Assembly: GCA_051002775.1 (NCBI GenBank)
Contig: JBPCLZ010000001.1
Coordinates: 13,016 to 77,015 of the forward strand
DNA: 64,000 nucleotides
Direction of reading: 5' to 3'
From: Pyrinomonadaceae bacterium
GTDB taxonomy: Bacteria; Acidobacteriota; Blastocatellia; Pyrinomonadales; Pyrinomonadaceae
A program made the position numbers and the translations under genes. Below are positions 17,910 through 26,384 of the stretch, piece by piece (position 1 is the first letter of the stretch; each line of letters begins with the position of its first letter). A model generated the notes under the pieces. It saw only the letters and a list, made by a program, of their open reading frames with translations. It did no database searches and was not told the origin of the DNA.

Positions 17910-18332
17910 CTAAAAAGGAATGTCGTCGTCCGCCATGTCCGGCTGTTCGGTCACAGTAGCGCCGCCTGCGGCGGCCGCTCGCTCCAGCGGCGGTTCTTCA
18001 CCGCGGCCCCCACCAATAAACTGCATGTCGGTTCCGTGCACTTCCAACGTGTGGCGCGCCTTGCCGTCACGATCGGTCCACTCTTCGACGCGTAACCGTC
18101 CTTCTATGTAAACCGGCCGGCCCTTTGTCAGATACTGCGACGCAGTTTCTGCCTGGCGTCCCCAAAGGGTAATGCGAAACCAGGTCGTTTGATCCTGCAT
18201 CTCGCCGGACTTGTCTTTGCGCCGCTCGTTTGTCGCCATGCTGAAACTGCAAACCGGCGTACCTTGCGGCGTGTAACGCAGCTCGGGATCGCGGCCAAGG
18301 TTGCCGACAAGAATCACTTTGTTGAAGGACAT
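17910..18332 (-). CDS. ssb: Single-stranded DNA-binding protein
   Basis: 140 aa. MSFNKVILVGNLGRDPELRYTPQG...WFRITLWGRQAE, a Gly/Pro-rich linker and the acidic tail ..DDDIPF. Confidence 0.95.
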   Translation of the reverse strand: MSFNKVILVGNLGRDPELRYTPQGTPVCSFSMATNERRKDKSGEMQDQTTWFRITLWGRQAETASQYLTKGRPVYIEGRLRVEEWTDRDGKARHTLEVHGTDMQFIGGGRGEEPPLERAAAAGGATVTEQPDMADDDIPF

Positions 18333-18520
18333 GAGGGGCTTCTCCGTTTTTTTTAGATAGGGAACTCGCGCGTATCCTACTTGCGCATCAAGTGACGGTC
18401 AAGTAGCGGTTCCAAACGGGCGATCTCATTGCTGATGCAAGAAATGCAGCATCGCGTTTGCCGGACAACTTCTGATAGACTACTCGCTGAAAACTTGCTC
18501 TCTGGAAGCCGCAACATCGG

Positions 18521-19852
18521 ATGAATTCCAAGGTTTACATAGAAACATTTGGCTGCCAAATGAACGTGGCCGACACGGAACGCGCCTTAACCGGCTTGCG
18601 AAAAGCCGGTTACGAGCTTACCTCCGCGGCCGCCGAGGCTGACGTTGTGCTATTGAACACTTGCTCAGTTAGAGAGCGAGCGGAACGAAAAGTTTTCCGC
18701 CGCGTAGGTGAACTGCGAAAATCGCCCCGCCGTCCAGTGATTGGGGTGATGGGTTGCGTAGCGCAATTGGACGGCCCCACCCTTTTTCAAAAAGCATCCG
18801 CCATTGATTTGGTCATCGGCACTCAGGCGACGGATCGCATCCCAACGTTACTAGCGCGAGTTGCCGGCGGCGAAAAATCCGTCATCGATTTGGATGACCG
18901 ACGAGAGTCTGAGGTATGGGACGTTTCCCCGGCTGAGCGGCGCTCCCCTTATGTAGCGTTCGTTCCCATCATCGAGGGCTGCAATAAATTCTGCTCATTT
19001 TGTATCGTTCCGTACTCACGAGGTCGCGAGAAGAGTCGCAGCGGAACCGAAATTGTCGCCGAAGTGAAAGAGTTGCGCGCGCTGGGCTACAAAGAAGTAC
19101 AACTAATCGGCCAAAACGTTAACAGCTACCGGCCAAAATCCGACGATGGACTTGAAGGTTATGCGGGTGCAACTCCGTTCGCTCGCTTGCTGCGCGCCGT
19201 TGCGGCGACGGAAATAGAGCGAATCAAATTTACAACATCATTTCCCAGAGACTTTCATCCTGATATAGTGTCCGCGATTGAAGAGTGTCCCAACCTGTGC
19301 AACTGGGTTCATTTGCCGGTCCAATCGGGAAGTGACCGCATATTGAAAGCAATGCGCCGAGGCCACACAGTGGCCGACTATTTGCGCCGCGTTGAGACAA
19401 TCAAAGGCTCGACACGCAGTCTGGCACTGACGAGCGATATCATTGTCGGCTTTCCCGGCGAAAGCGAAGAGGATTTCGAAGATACAATGCGGCTGGTGCG
19501 CGAGTGCGAATTCGACGGACTTTATATCTTCAAATACTCCAAACGAACTGGGACGCCGGCCGAAAAACTCGATCACACGGTTTCTGATACTGAGAAAACT
19601 GAGCGCTTCCTTGCGCTTGAGGAGTTGCAGATTTCGCTTCAGGACAGAATCTATAGCAATCACGTCGGTCGCGCGCTCAGCGTGCTGGTTGAAAAAGAGA
19701 GTGCAAGATCGAACGATGATATGGCCGGGCATTCGACCTGTAACAAAGTAGTAAACTTTAAGGGTAAGGCAACTCAGCGCGGCTCGATAGTCGATGTTTT
19801 GATCTCAGAAGCCAAACCAAACAGTTTGTATGGGGTGGCGGTCAGCGGGTGA
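18521..19852 (+). CDS. miaB: tRNA-2-methylthio-N6-dimethylallyladenosine synthase (radical SAM methylthiotransferase)
   Basis: 443 aa. VYIETFGCQMN (UPF0004 domain), radical-SAM CNKFCSFCIVPYSRG and a C-terminal TRAM domain. Confidence 0.9.
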   Translation: MNSKVYIETFGCQMNVADTERALTGLRKAGYELTSAAAEADVVLLNTCSVRERAERKVFRRVGELRKSPRRPVIGVMGCVAQLDGPTLFQKASAIDLVIGTQATDRIPTLLARVAGGEKSVIDLDDRRESEVWDVSPAERRSPYVAFVPIIEGCNKFCSFCIVPYSRGREKSRSGTEIVAEVKELRALGYKEVQLIGQNVNSYRPKSDDGLEGYAGATPFARLLRAVAATEIERIKFTTSFPRDFHPDIVSAIEECPNLCNWVHLPVQSGSDRILKAMRRGHTVADYLRRVETIKGSTRSLALTSDIIVGFPGESEEDFEDTMRLVRECEFDGLYIFKYSKRTGTPAEKLDHTVSDTEKTERFLALEELQISLQDRIYSNHVGRALSVLVEKESARSNDDMAGHSTCNKVVNFKGKATQRGSIVDVLISEAKPNSLYGVAVSG

Positions 19853-19857
19853 TGTTT

Positions 19858-19955
19858 TTCTCCCTCTCCCTTTTGGGAGAGGGTCGGGGAGAGAGTTTTG
19901 TGTGCGGTAAGCTTCGCACCCTCCCCCTAACCCCTCCCAAAGGGAGGGGAAGAAA
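19858..19955. repeat. Repeat family A copy 2 (inverted relative to copy 1)
   Basis: CTCCCTCTCCCTTTTGGGAGAGGGTCGGGGAGAG...AAGCTTCGCACCCTCCCCCTAACCCCTCCCAAAGGGAGGGG is the reverse complement of 8752-8845 with a few substitutions. It starts 6 nt after the miaB stop. Confidence 0.85.
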
Positions 19956-19992
19956 CCACGCAAGTTCAAAGAGGGTGTTCTTGGGCAGGCTT

Positions 19993-20484
19993 ATGGAAAT
20001 TGAAGTAAAAATTCGGGCGCTAATGATGGACCCCAACAGCGGCACTCCCATCGTCATTCTGAAGGACGTTGACAGCGATACGATGTTGCCGATTTGGGTG
20101 GGCGCTTATGAGGCTAATGCCATCGCGCTGGAAATTGAAAAGATTGCGCCGCCGCGTCCGATGACTCATGACTTGTTGCGCAATCTCATCATTGAGTTAG
20201 GTATTCAAGTCGAGCGGGTGGTAGTTACCAGTTTACGCGACAACACTTTTTTTGCTGTTATTGAAATGCGCATGAGTGACGGAAATCGCATGGTGCTCGA
20301 CTCGCGGCCATCAGATGCGATTGCACTCGCGCTACGCGCTGACTGTCCGATCTATGTCGACGCTGAGGTGATTAAAGCTTCGCGTAATACCTTGCCGACG
20401 GAAGAAGAGGGTGGGGAAGAGACAAGTTTAAGCGAAGAAGAGTGGCCGGATGTAATCGGCGAAGCCGGCGATTTACCGATGTGA
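19993..20484 (+). CDS. Bifunctional nuclease family protein (DUF151/BFN)
   Basis: MEIEVKIRALMMDPNSGTPIVILKD....MLPIWVGAYEANAIALEIE...RPMTHDL is the typical DUF151 N-terminus. I moved the start to ATG 19993 because the upstream 48 codons are encoded by repeat A. Confidence 0.75.
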   Translation: MEIEVKIRALMMDPNSGTPIVILKDVDSDTMLPIWVGAYEANAIALEIEKIAPPRPMTHDLLRNLIIELGIQVERVVVTSLRDNTFFAVIEMRMSDGNRMVLDSRPSDAIALALRADCPIYVDAEVIKASRNTLPTEEEGGEETSLSEEEWPDVIGEAGDLPM

Positions 20485-20535
20485 ACCGTTGCTGTTAACC
20501 CCAGAGGTTTCCTGCTGAATGCCGATGTATAGCGA

Positions 20536-21291
20536 ATGATAATTGCGATCGCAAATCAAAAAGGTGGGGTGGGAAAAACTACCACCGCCATCAATTTGGC
20601 TGCCGCATTCGCCAGACTGGGTAAGCGTGTCCTCCTGCTCGATCTGGATCCACAGGCAAATAGTTCCATCTCTTTTCTTGATCCACTCTCCATCGAGCGA
20701 TCCGCGTATGAATTAATGACTGACGGGCTGGCGCCGGTAGAACAAACGGTTTACCGCACACCGGTCGAAGGACTGGACATAGTTCCCGCGCGCATCAATC
20801 TGGCGAAGTTGGAATCGAAGCTGGTTGGCGATTTCGACGCGCCTTTTCGGCTGAAAGATCGATTGGCGCCGTTCCGCGAGCAGTATCCGGTTATTGTCAT
20901 TGATACGCCGCCGACTCTGGGGCTCATTACCGTGAATGCGCTGGTTGCCGCGACGCATGTGCTGGTCCCGATTCAGTCGTCATACTTTGCGCTAGAGGGC
21001 ACTGATGACTTGCTCGAGACAATAGAAAAAGTTAAGGCGCGGCCTAATCCTAACCTGGAATTGCTGGGTGTGCTGGTGACCCTTCACGATAAGCGCACTA
21101 CGCTGGCACGCGAAGTTCATGAACAAATTAAGAAAGTTTTTGGACCTAAACTTTTTGAGACTGTTATAACAAAGAGTGTGCGGCTGGAAGAATCGCCCGC
21201 TTACAAAGAAGCAATTTTTAGTTTCGCTCCTAATTCGTCTGGCGCGATCGAGTATGGAAATCTATGTGAAGAGGTAATGAGCCGTGTCTAA
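20536..21291 (+). CDS. parA: Chromosome-partitioning ATPase ParA/Soj
   Basis: 251 aa with the deviant Walker A motif: IIAIANQKGGVGKTTTAINLAAA. Confidence 0.9.
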   Translation: MIIAIANQKGGVGKTTTAINLAAAFARLGKRVLLLDLDPQANSSISFLDPLSIERSAYELMTDGLAPVEQTVYRTPVEGLDIVPARINLAKLESKLVGDFDAPFRLKDRLAPFREQYPVIVIDTPPTLGLITVNALVAATHVLVPIQSSYFALEGTDDLLETIEKVKARPNPNLELLGVLVTLHDKRTTLAREVHEQIKKVFGPKLFETVITKSVRLEESPAYKEAIFSFAPNSSGAIEYGNLCEEVMSRV

Positions 21292-22132
21292 AAGGGGACT
21301 GCCGACAGGATTGCAGATGCGCCACGATGCCCACTATGTTGAGGAGCTGACGCAGCACCAGCCGGCCGCGGTGGGCCGGATGATTCCTATCGATAAGATT
21401 GATCCGAATCCGGAACAGCCGCGTTCCGAGTTTGGCGACTTAACAGAACTCACCGCGTCTATTGCCGATAAGGGCGTGCTTGAGCCGCTGCTGGTGAAAC
21501 CATCACGCTCCACCGGCAGGTGGATGATCATCGCCGGGGAGCGACGTTATCGCGCCGCGCGCGCAGCAGGGTTGACGGAATTGCCATGCGTCGAAATGGA
21601 AGTGGACGAAGGGACCGTTGCGGAGATCGCGCTGATCGAGAATATGCAACGCAAGGATCTCACCGTCTGGGAGGAAGCTGACGGCTTATTGGCGTTGTGC
21701 GAAAGATTCGGTTATACGCATGAAGAGGTGGCTCGCAAAGTAGGGAAGAGCAGAAGCACGGTCACCGAAGCCCTATCAATAGCGGGCATTCCCGCCGACG
21801 TTCGCGATATTTGCCGGCAAGCAGACGTTTCCGCCAAATCGGTGTTGCTGCAAATTGTGCGACAACCGGATGAAGCAGGAATGCGGCGACTGGCGAAGGA
21901 AATAACTTCGCGGGGATTAACGCGTGAAGATGCAAGGGAAGTAAGACGACAGGAAATGGGTCCGCGTGTCACCGCGGAAGCGAAACCCTATACGTTCAAG
22001 TATGCCTCGCCAAACAAGGACTTCAGTCTCGAGATTCGTTTTAAGCGATCAAAGGTTAATCGTGGCGACGTCGCGCAGGCGCTCAGGTCAGCAGCAAAGA
22101 ATATTGACAGTGACAATCACCAGCCGGACTGA
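21284..22132 (+). CDS. parB: Chromosome-partitioning protein ParB/Spo0J
   Basis: 282 aa, GTG start overlapping parA by 8 nt. IDPNPEQPR, LEPLLV, IIAGERRYRAA and an HTH (HEEVARKVGKSRSTVTEAL). Confidence 0.9.
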   Translation: MSKRGLPTGLQMRHDAHYVEELTQHQPAAVGRMIPIDKIDPNPEQPRSEFGDLTELTASIADKGVLEPLLVKPSRSTGRWMIIAGERRYRAARAAGLTELPCVEMEVDEGTVAEIALIENMQRKDLTVWEEADGLLALCERFGYTHEEVARKVGKSRSTVTEALSIAGIPADVRDICRQADVSAKSVLLQIVRQPDEAGMRRLAKEITSRGLTREDAREVRRQEMGPRVTAEAKPYTFKYASPNKDFSLEIRFKRSKVNRGDVAQALRSAAKNIDSDNHQPD

Positions 22133-22185
22133 AGTCCCGCCCTCACACTCAGACAACCTTTACAAAAAGTCCGACCGGGGTCGAC

Positions 22186-22373
22186 GCGGCGCGATCTCAT
22201 TAGCACCGTGGCTTCAGCCCGGTGACGACGGTCGGTGATCAAAGAACCGTCTAACCGTTTCAAAGGTTTCTGCGTGCGGGTAAACCGTTAAAACGGTACC
22301 GTTAAAACGGTTGAGGGAAGCGGGACCCTCTTTAGCACCGGCTGAAGCCACGGTGTTAATGAGATCGCGCCGC
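22186..22373. repeat. Palindromic element (family E), ~38-bp terminal inverted repeats
   Basis: GCGGCGCGATCTCATTAGCACCGTGGCTTCAGCCCGGTG (22186-22224) pairs with CACCGGCTGAAGCCACGGTGTTAATGAGATCGCGCCGC (22336-22373). The interior has AACCGTTTCAAAGG / AACCGTTAAAACGG sub-repeats. Confidence 0.8.
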
Positions 22374-22444
22374 GTGACGAGTGTTACGTGAACGCTGTAA
22401 CGGTATGGGCGCTGCCAACGCAAGGATTGTTAACCAACGCTTTC

Positions 22445-23011
22445 TCATCTTGAAGCAACACTCTTCTTCTTTTGAGCAGCTGCACGTTTCTGAAGACCCT
22501 TTGCCCAGCGCTCGAGCGTAGGCTGAATAGGCTTAAAGAGGCGTGCGCGGAATGTGTGCTTCTTTTCATTCCAGATCTTGAGCTGCTTCTCGGTATAAGT
22601 TCTCACGGCAGGTTCGAGCTGGCCCTTCTTAAGCGAATGCTTTAGCGTGAAATGATAGTGCTGGCCGACCAATGAGAACAGAGTGGCAACCAGGTTTCCT
22701 TTGAACGATATCCGCGGAATGATTCTTTTATGCGCAGGTTTATTAGCGGGTAGCAGAACCCCTATCGCGAGCTCCAGCCACGCACCCTTTGGACCTTGCC
22801 GTGGGTGATAAAGGCCCGGGAGTTCGGTCGCCTGAAAGGAGCCTCTTAAGCGAGGCTCGGAAATGAACTCAACCAAGCGTATGCGTTCTAAGCCGCGTGT
22901 ATGTTCGCGAGGGAGGCCATCAAACGCGCTCTCAATGTTCTTTAAGGTATCCGCCGGTAACTTGCGCTCGACCTGGTTCTCGATTTTTATGGCCACTAGA
23001 TATTCCTTCAA
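22445..23011 (-). CDS. Hypothetical protein, basic C-terminal tail, no recognisable domain
   Basis: 188-aa ORF with plausible coding composition. I recognise no motifs. Confidence 0.45.
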   Translation of the reverse strand: MKEYLVAIKIENQVERKLPADTLKNIESAFDGLPREHTRGLERIRLVEFISEPRLRGSFQATELPGLYHPRQGPKGAWLELAIGVLLPANKPAHKRIIPRISFKGNLVATLFSLVGQHYHFTLKHSLKKGQLEPAVRTYTEKQLKIWNEKKHTFRARLFKPIQPTLERWAKGLQKRAAAQKKKSVASR

Positions 23012-23466
23012 GCATGAAATGGATGACGTATTAGGAGGGGCAACTCTAAGCGGCGTCAGTAGAGACGGTCAAGCGCGCTCCTAGCAGGTCATCACTTCAC
23101 GACCGCACCGAGTCGCATCCGAAGCAACAACGCAGTCGGAAAGTGACAACTCACGGAGAAGCGTACGAACCCGGGTCTCCTCAGACCGGGCCGCCTAAAA
23201 GGGAACGCTCAATCCCTTGAGTACGGCTTTAAGCCCTTCATGCCTGGTAAAAACCGCTTATATTGGGTGCGTCTGATAATATATATTATGTAGGAACTCG
23301 GGGTAAGTTGCGGGCATGCTACCGGGCCGTCCGTTGCTTCAGCCGTCGAGGCAAGTAGCTTTCGGAGCACGCCCGATCTGCACTGATGGCCGTGCTGAAC
23401 TATCGTTATCAGACACCCTCGCTCGGACCTGCCGAGCCGAAAGGGCCTCAGAGGAAGCGGAGTTGG

Positions 23467-23496
23467 TTGACATGATGGCGCCTTTGCCAGTTACAT
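23467..23496 (+). promoter_or_regulatory. Candidate sigma70-type promoter for modABC
   Basis: TTGACA, 18 nt, TTACAT, about 55 nt upstream of the modA ATG. Pattern match only. Confidence 0.3.
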
Positions 23497-23549
23497 GTTC
23501 GCCGCATTCACGTCAACGCCAGTGCCATGCATAATTCGTCACGATTCAC

Positions 23550-24329
23550 ATGAGGCTTCGCGTTTATATCGCCCTCGCGTTAGCCACTGCTTTGGTCGGG
23601 TCGTGCGGGCGCAACGCCAGCCCAACGACCTCGGCGTTGACGGTCTCAGCGGCCGCCGACTTGACGCCGGCCTTTGAAGAGATCGGCAAAATGTTTGAGC
23701 AGGAGTCAGGCATCAAGGTAACCTTTAACTTCGGCTCCACCGGACAACTGGCCCAACAGATCGAACAAGGGGCTCCGGTTGACCTTTTCGCTGCCGCGAA
23801 CGTCTCCTTCGTTGACGAATTGGAAAAGAAGAAGCTTATTCTGTCGGAGACGAAGGCCTTATATGCGCGCGGGCGCATTACGCTCTGGACACGCAATGAC
23901 AGTCCCCTGCGACTTGAGCGCGTTGAAGATCTCGCTCGGCCCGAAGTGCGCCGTATTGCCATTGCCAACCCCGAACACGCACCCTATGGCATGGCGGCGC
24001 GTGAAGCTATGCAGGCTGCTGGAGTTTTTGATCAAATTAAAGCCCGGCTGGTATTCGGCGAGAACATTTCTCAGACGCTTCAGTTCGCCGAATCCGGAAA
24101 TGTCGATGCGGCAATCGTCGCCTTATCTCTCAGTTCGCAGAGCAATGGCCGTTGGGTGCTTATCCCTGAGGCGTTACATAAGCCGCTCAACCAGGCGTTG
24201 GCAGTCATCAGCGGCACACACCACCAACCTGAAGCGCGCCGCTTCGCCGCCTTCGTCAACAGTGAGAAAGGCCGACCCGTGATGCGTAAGTATGGCTTCA
24301 TTCTGCCGGGCGAGGAGCCGGTCAAATGA
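23550..24329 (+). CDS. modA: Molybdate ABC transporter substrate-binding lipoprotein
   Basis: 259 aa. Signal peptide plus lipobox (ALVGSC), then ..LTVSAAADLTPAFEEIGKMFE..GIKVTFNFGSTGQLAQQIEQGAPVDLFAAA. Confidence 0.9.
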   Translation: MRLRVYIALALATALVGSCGRNASPTTSALTVSAAADLTPAFEEIGKMFEQESGIKVTFNFGSTGQLAQQIEQGAPVDLFAAANVSFVDELEKKKLILSETKALYARGRITLWTRNDSPLRLERVEDLARPEVRRIAIANPEHAPYGMAAREAMQAAGVFDQIKARLVFGENISQTLQFAESGNVDAAIVALSLSSQSNGRWVLIPEALHKPLNQALAVISGTHHQPEARRFAAFVNSEKGRPVMRKYGFILPGEEPVK

Positions 24330-24991
24330 ATTGGTCGGCTCTAATTCTTTCGCTGCAAGTAACTATCCTGGCGACCAGCGTGCTTTTTGTGATCGGGTTG
24401 GCGCTGGCCGTGGTGCTGGCGCGCTTTAAGTTTCGCGGACAAATCCTGCTTGAAACGATCATCTTCTTGCCATTGGTGCTGCCGCCGAGCGTGATCGGCT
24501 ATTTCCTACTGCTCACCCTGGGGCGTGGCAGTCCAATCGTCGAGTGGTTTCATGTGCGACTTTTATTTACCTGGACCGCTGCAGCGATCGCATCGGCCGT
24601 AGTCGGCTTGCCTTTGATGGTCCAGGCAGCGCGAGCAGCGATTGCGAATGTTGATCCAGTTCTTGAGAACGCGGCACGTACCCTTGGCTCTTCGGAGCTG
24701 GAGATACTGTGGCGCGTGACGCTTCCGCTCGCACGACGCGGCGTCATCGCGGGATTAATCCTGGGCGCGGCGCGGGCGCTCGGTGAGTTTGGCGCGACGT
24801 TGATGATTGCCGGCAACATCCCGGGCCAAACGCAGACGTTGCCGCTGGCGATCTACGACGCGGTGCAAGCAAGGCGCTACGAGCAGGCAAACATAATGGT
24901 ATTAATGATGACCTCGCTGGCCTTCGTCGGTCTGTGGTGTGTGCGGCAACTTGAACAACCCCGCCACCGCCAGCGCACAGACTTGGGGTAA
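24326..24991 (+). CDS. modB: Molybdate ABC transporter permease
   Basis: 221 aa, ATGA overlap with modA. EAA-type loop (ENAARTLGSSELEILWRVTLPLARRG). Confidence 0.9.
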   Translation: MNWSALILSLQVTILATSVLFVIGLALAVVLARFKFRGQILLETIIFLPLVLPPSVIGYFLLLTLGRGSPIVEWFHVRLLFTWTAAAIASAVVGLPLMVQAARAAIANVDPVLENAARTLGSSELEILWRVTLPLARRGVIAGLILGAARALGEFGATLMIAGNIPGQTQTLPLAIYDAVQARRYEQANIMVLMMTSLAFVGLWCVRQLEQPRHRQRTDLG

Positions 24992-24997
24992 GCAATC

Positions 24998-25771
24998 GTG
25001 ATGAAAGTCAACCTTCCGCGCCTCAAAATAGATATCGAAAAGCGACTCGACACGTTCACGCTGCGTGTGCAGATGGAGATCGGCGAAGAGATACTCGTGC
25101 TGTTTGGTCCTTCAGGAGCGGGCAAGACACAAACGCTAAATGCGATTGCGGGATTGGTGACGCCAGACAGCGGTGAGATCACGCTCGGTGACGCTGTGTT
25201 CTTTCGCGGTTCAAAAAATTCTTCAAAAAATGGTCATGCTGTAAACCTGGCAGCGCGCCAGCGACGCGTCGGCTATGTTTTTCAACAATATGCGTTGTTC
25301 CCTCACCTGACAGCTTTAGAGAACGTTGCCTTCGCTTTGTGGCGCCAGCCCGACGCGCGCGAACGTGCGCAAGAGTTGCTCGGTCGTATGCACCTAAAGG
25401 AGTTGGGGAGCCGCTACCCGGATGAACTGTCGGGTGGACAACAACAGCGCGTGGCGATCGCGCGGGCAATGGCAATGGATCCGCGCGTATTGCTAATGGA
25501 CGAGCCTTTCTCCGCGCTCGATGTAGCGAGGCGGAAGCAACTCCATCAGGACCTGGTCACGCTGCAAAAGGAAGCCAACTTGATGGTGATTTACGTTACC
25601 CATAACCTCGTCGATGCCTTCGCGGTCGGACATCGACTGGCGATAGTTAACGAGGGGCGAATCGAGCAGATCGGTTCGCCGCAGGATGTTTACCGCCATC
25701 CGGCGAGCCCGGCGGTGGCAGAAGTGCTGGGGATTCCTGCCCTGGATACCACGATGTCCGATAAGCTTTAG
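24998..25771 (+). CDS. modC: Molybdate-type ABC transporter ATP-binding protein (short form, no C-terminal TOBE domain)
   Basis: 257 aa, GTG start. Walker A GPSGAGKT, signature LSGGQQQRVAIARA, Walker B LLMDEPFSALD. The last codons and the stop lie inside repeat B. Confidence 0.85.
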   Translation: MMKVNLPRLKIDIEKRLDTFTLRVQMEIGEEILVLFGPSGAGKTQTLNAIAGLVTPDSGEITLGDAVFFRGSKNSSKNGHAVNLAARQRRVGYVFQQYALFPHLTALENVAFALWRQPDARERAQELLGRMHLKELGSRYPDELSGGQQQRVAIARAMAMDPRVLLMDEPFSALDVARRKQLHQDLVTLQKEANLMVIYVTHNLVDAFAVGHRLAIVNEGRIEQIGSPQDVYRHPASPAVAEVLGIPALDTTMSDKL

Positions 25772-25901
25772 CTAGGGACTGGAGGTCAGTGCCACCACGC
25801 GGTGGCGGGTGGGGTCTGGTGCCGAACAAGATCTTTGGGCAAAACCCGGCTTCGCGCGTCGTTTGTCGCGGCGTTACGACAAGCTAAAGCTTATCGGAAA
25901 T
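25754..25901. repeat. Repeat family B copy (148 bp)
   Basis: Left end ATGTCCGATAAGCTTTAGCT, right end ..GTTTGTCGCGGCGTTACGACAAGCTAAAGCTTATCGGAAAT. It overlaps the 3' end of modC. Confidence 0.8.
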
Positions 25902-25925
25902 CAAACTGACCACTACACCAGAAGC

Positions 25926-26263
25926 GGTAGTGTCCCAATCTGAACCCGTAGTACACAAACTCTGGCACGATCTTTGTTCCGCCTAACTATTCCAAAACAT
26001 CCCGAGGTTGTGATATAAACCGCTTCACATGAGCACCACTACACTAATAATCATCATCGTCGTAGTTCTGCTACTCTTTGGCGGCGGCTACGGCTATTCC
26101 CGCCGTGGGCGATAAGAGTTACCCCACCGCTGGAATCAGGTGAAACTGTGCGCGTTCTCGGAGTGAGTGCCGGGACGCCCAGTAGTGTCTTAATCTGAAA
26201 CCCCTCTGCGTGGTCTGCCTCACAATTCCAACCAACGTTCTAATTTCAGATTAGGACACTACC
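25926..26263. repeat. 19-bp inverted repeats bracketing a ~340-bp cassette that contains a 28-codon ORF
   Basis: GGTAGTGTCCCAATCTGAA (25926-25944) pairs with TTCAGATTAGGACACTACC (26245-26263), one mismatch. A third related copy, AGTAGTGTCTTAATCTGAA, is at 26181-26199. Confidence 0.7.
26029..26115 (+). CDS. Small hydrophobic peptide (28 aa), DUF3309-like
   Basis: Below the ORF-track threshold. ATG..TAA translates to MSTTTLIIIIVVVLLLFGGGYGYSRRGR. There is no clear SD. Confidence 0.4.
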   Translation: MSTTTLIIIIVVVLLLFGGGYGYSRRGR

Positions 26264-26301
26264 TCCAGAAACCTTACCCCACTACCCAGAAGCCCCTTTC
26301 C

Positions 26302-26331
26302 TTGACACTGTTTAAGCCTGACTGTTACATT
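26302..26331 (+). promoter_or_regulatory. Candidate sigma70-type promoter for metK-ahcY
   Basis: TTGACA, 18 nt, TACATT, about 55 nt upstream of the proposed metK start. Confidence 0.35.
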
Positions 26332-26384
26332 ACGCGGTCTTTTTGCCATCTCGATTATTTCCTATTGTTTGCAAAGGAGTCTTC

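Noticed and set aside
19849-19992. 48-codon N-terminal extension of the bifunctional-nuclease ORF
   Set aside because: It is encoded entirely by repeat family A copy 2. DUF151 homology begins at Met49.
20536-22445. parS site (TGTTNCACGTGAAACA) near parAB
   Set aside because: Reading by eye found no full match in or around parAB. The nearest resemblance in the window (..GTTCCGTGAAAC.. at ~51826) lacks two central bases.
23316-23534. 72-aa ORF in the modA upstream region
   Set aside because: It is Arg/Cys/Pro-rich, has no SD and no motif, and lies in a hairpin-rich non-coding stretch.
26116-26384. Possible SAM riboswitch upstream of metK (or SAH riboswitch before ahcY)
   Set aside because: I saw no SAM-I/II-like conserved core. 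A good promoter at 26302-26331 leaves a leader of only ~45 nt. The metK-ahcY spacer is just 55 nt.
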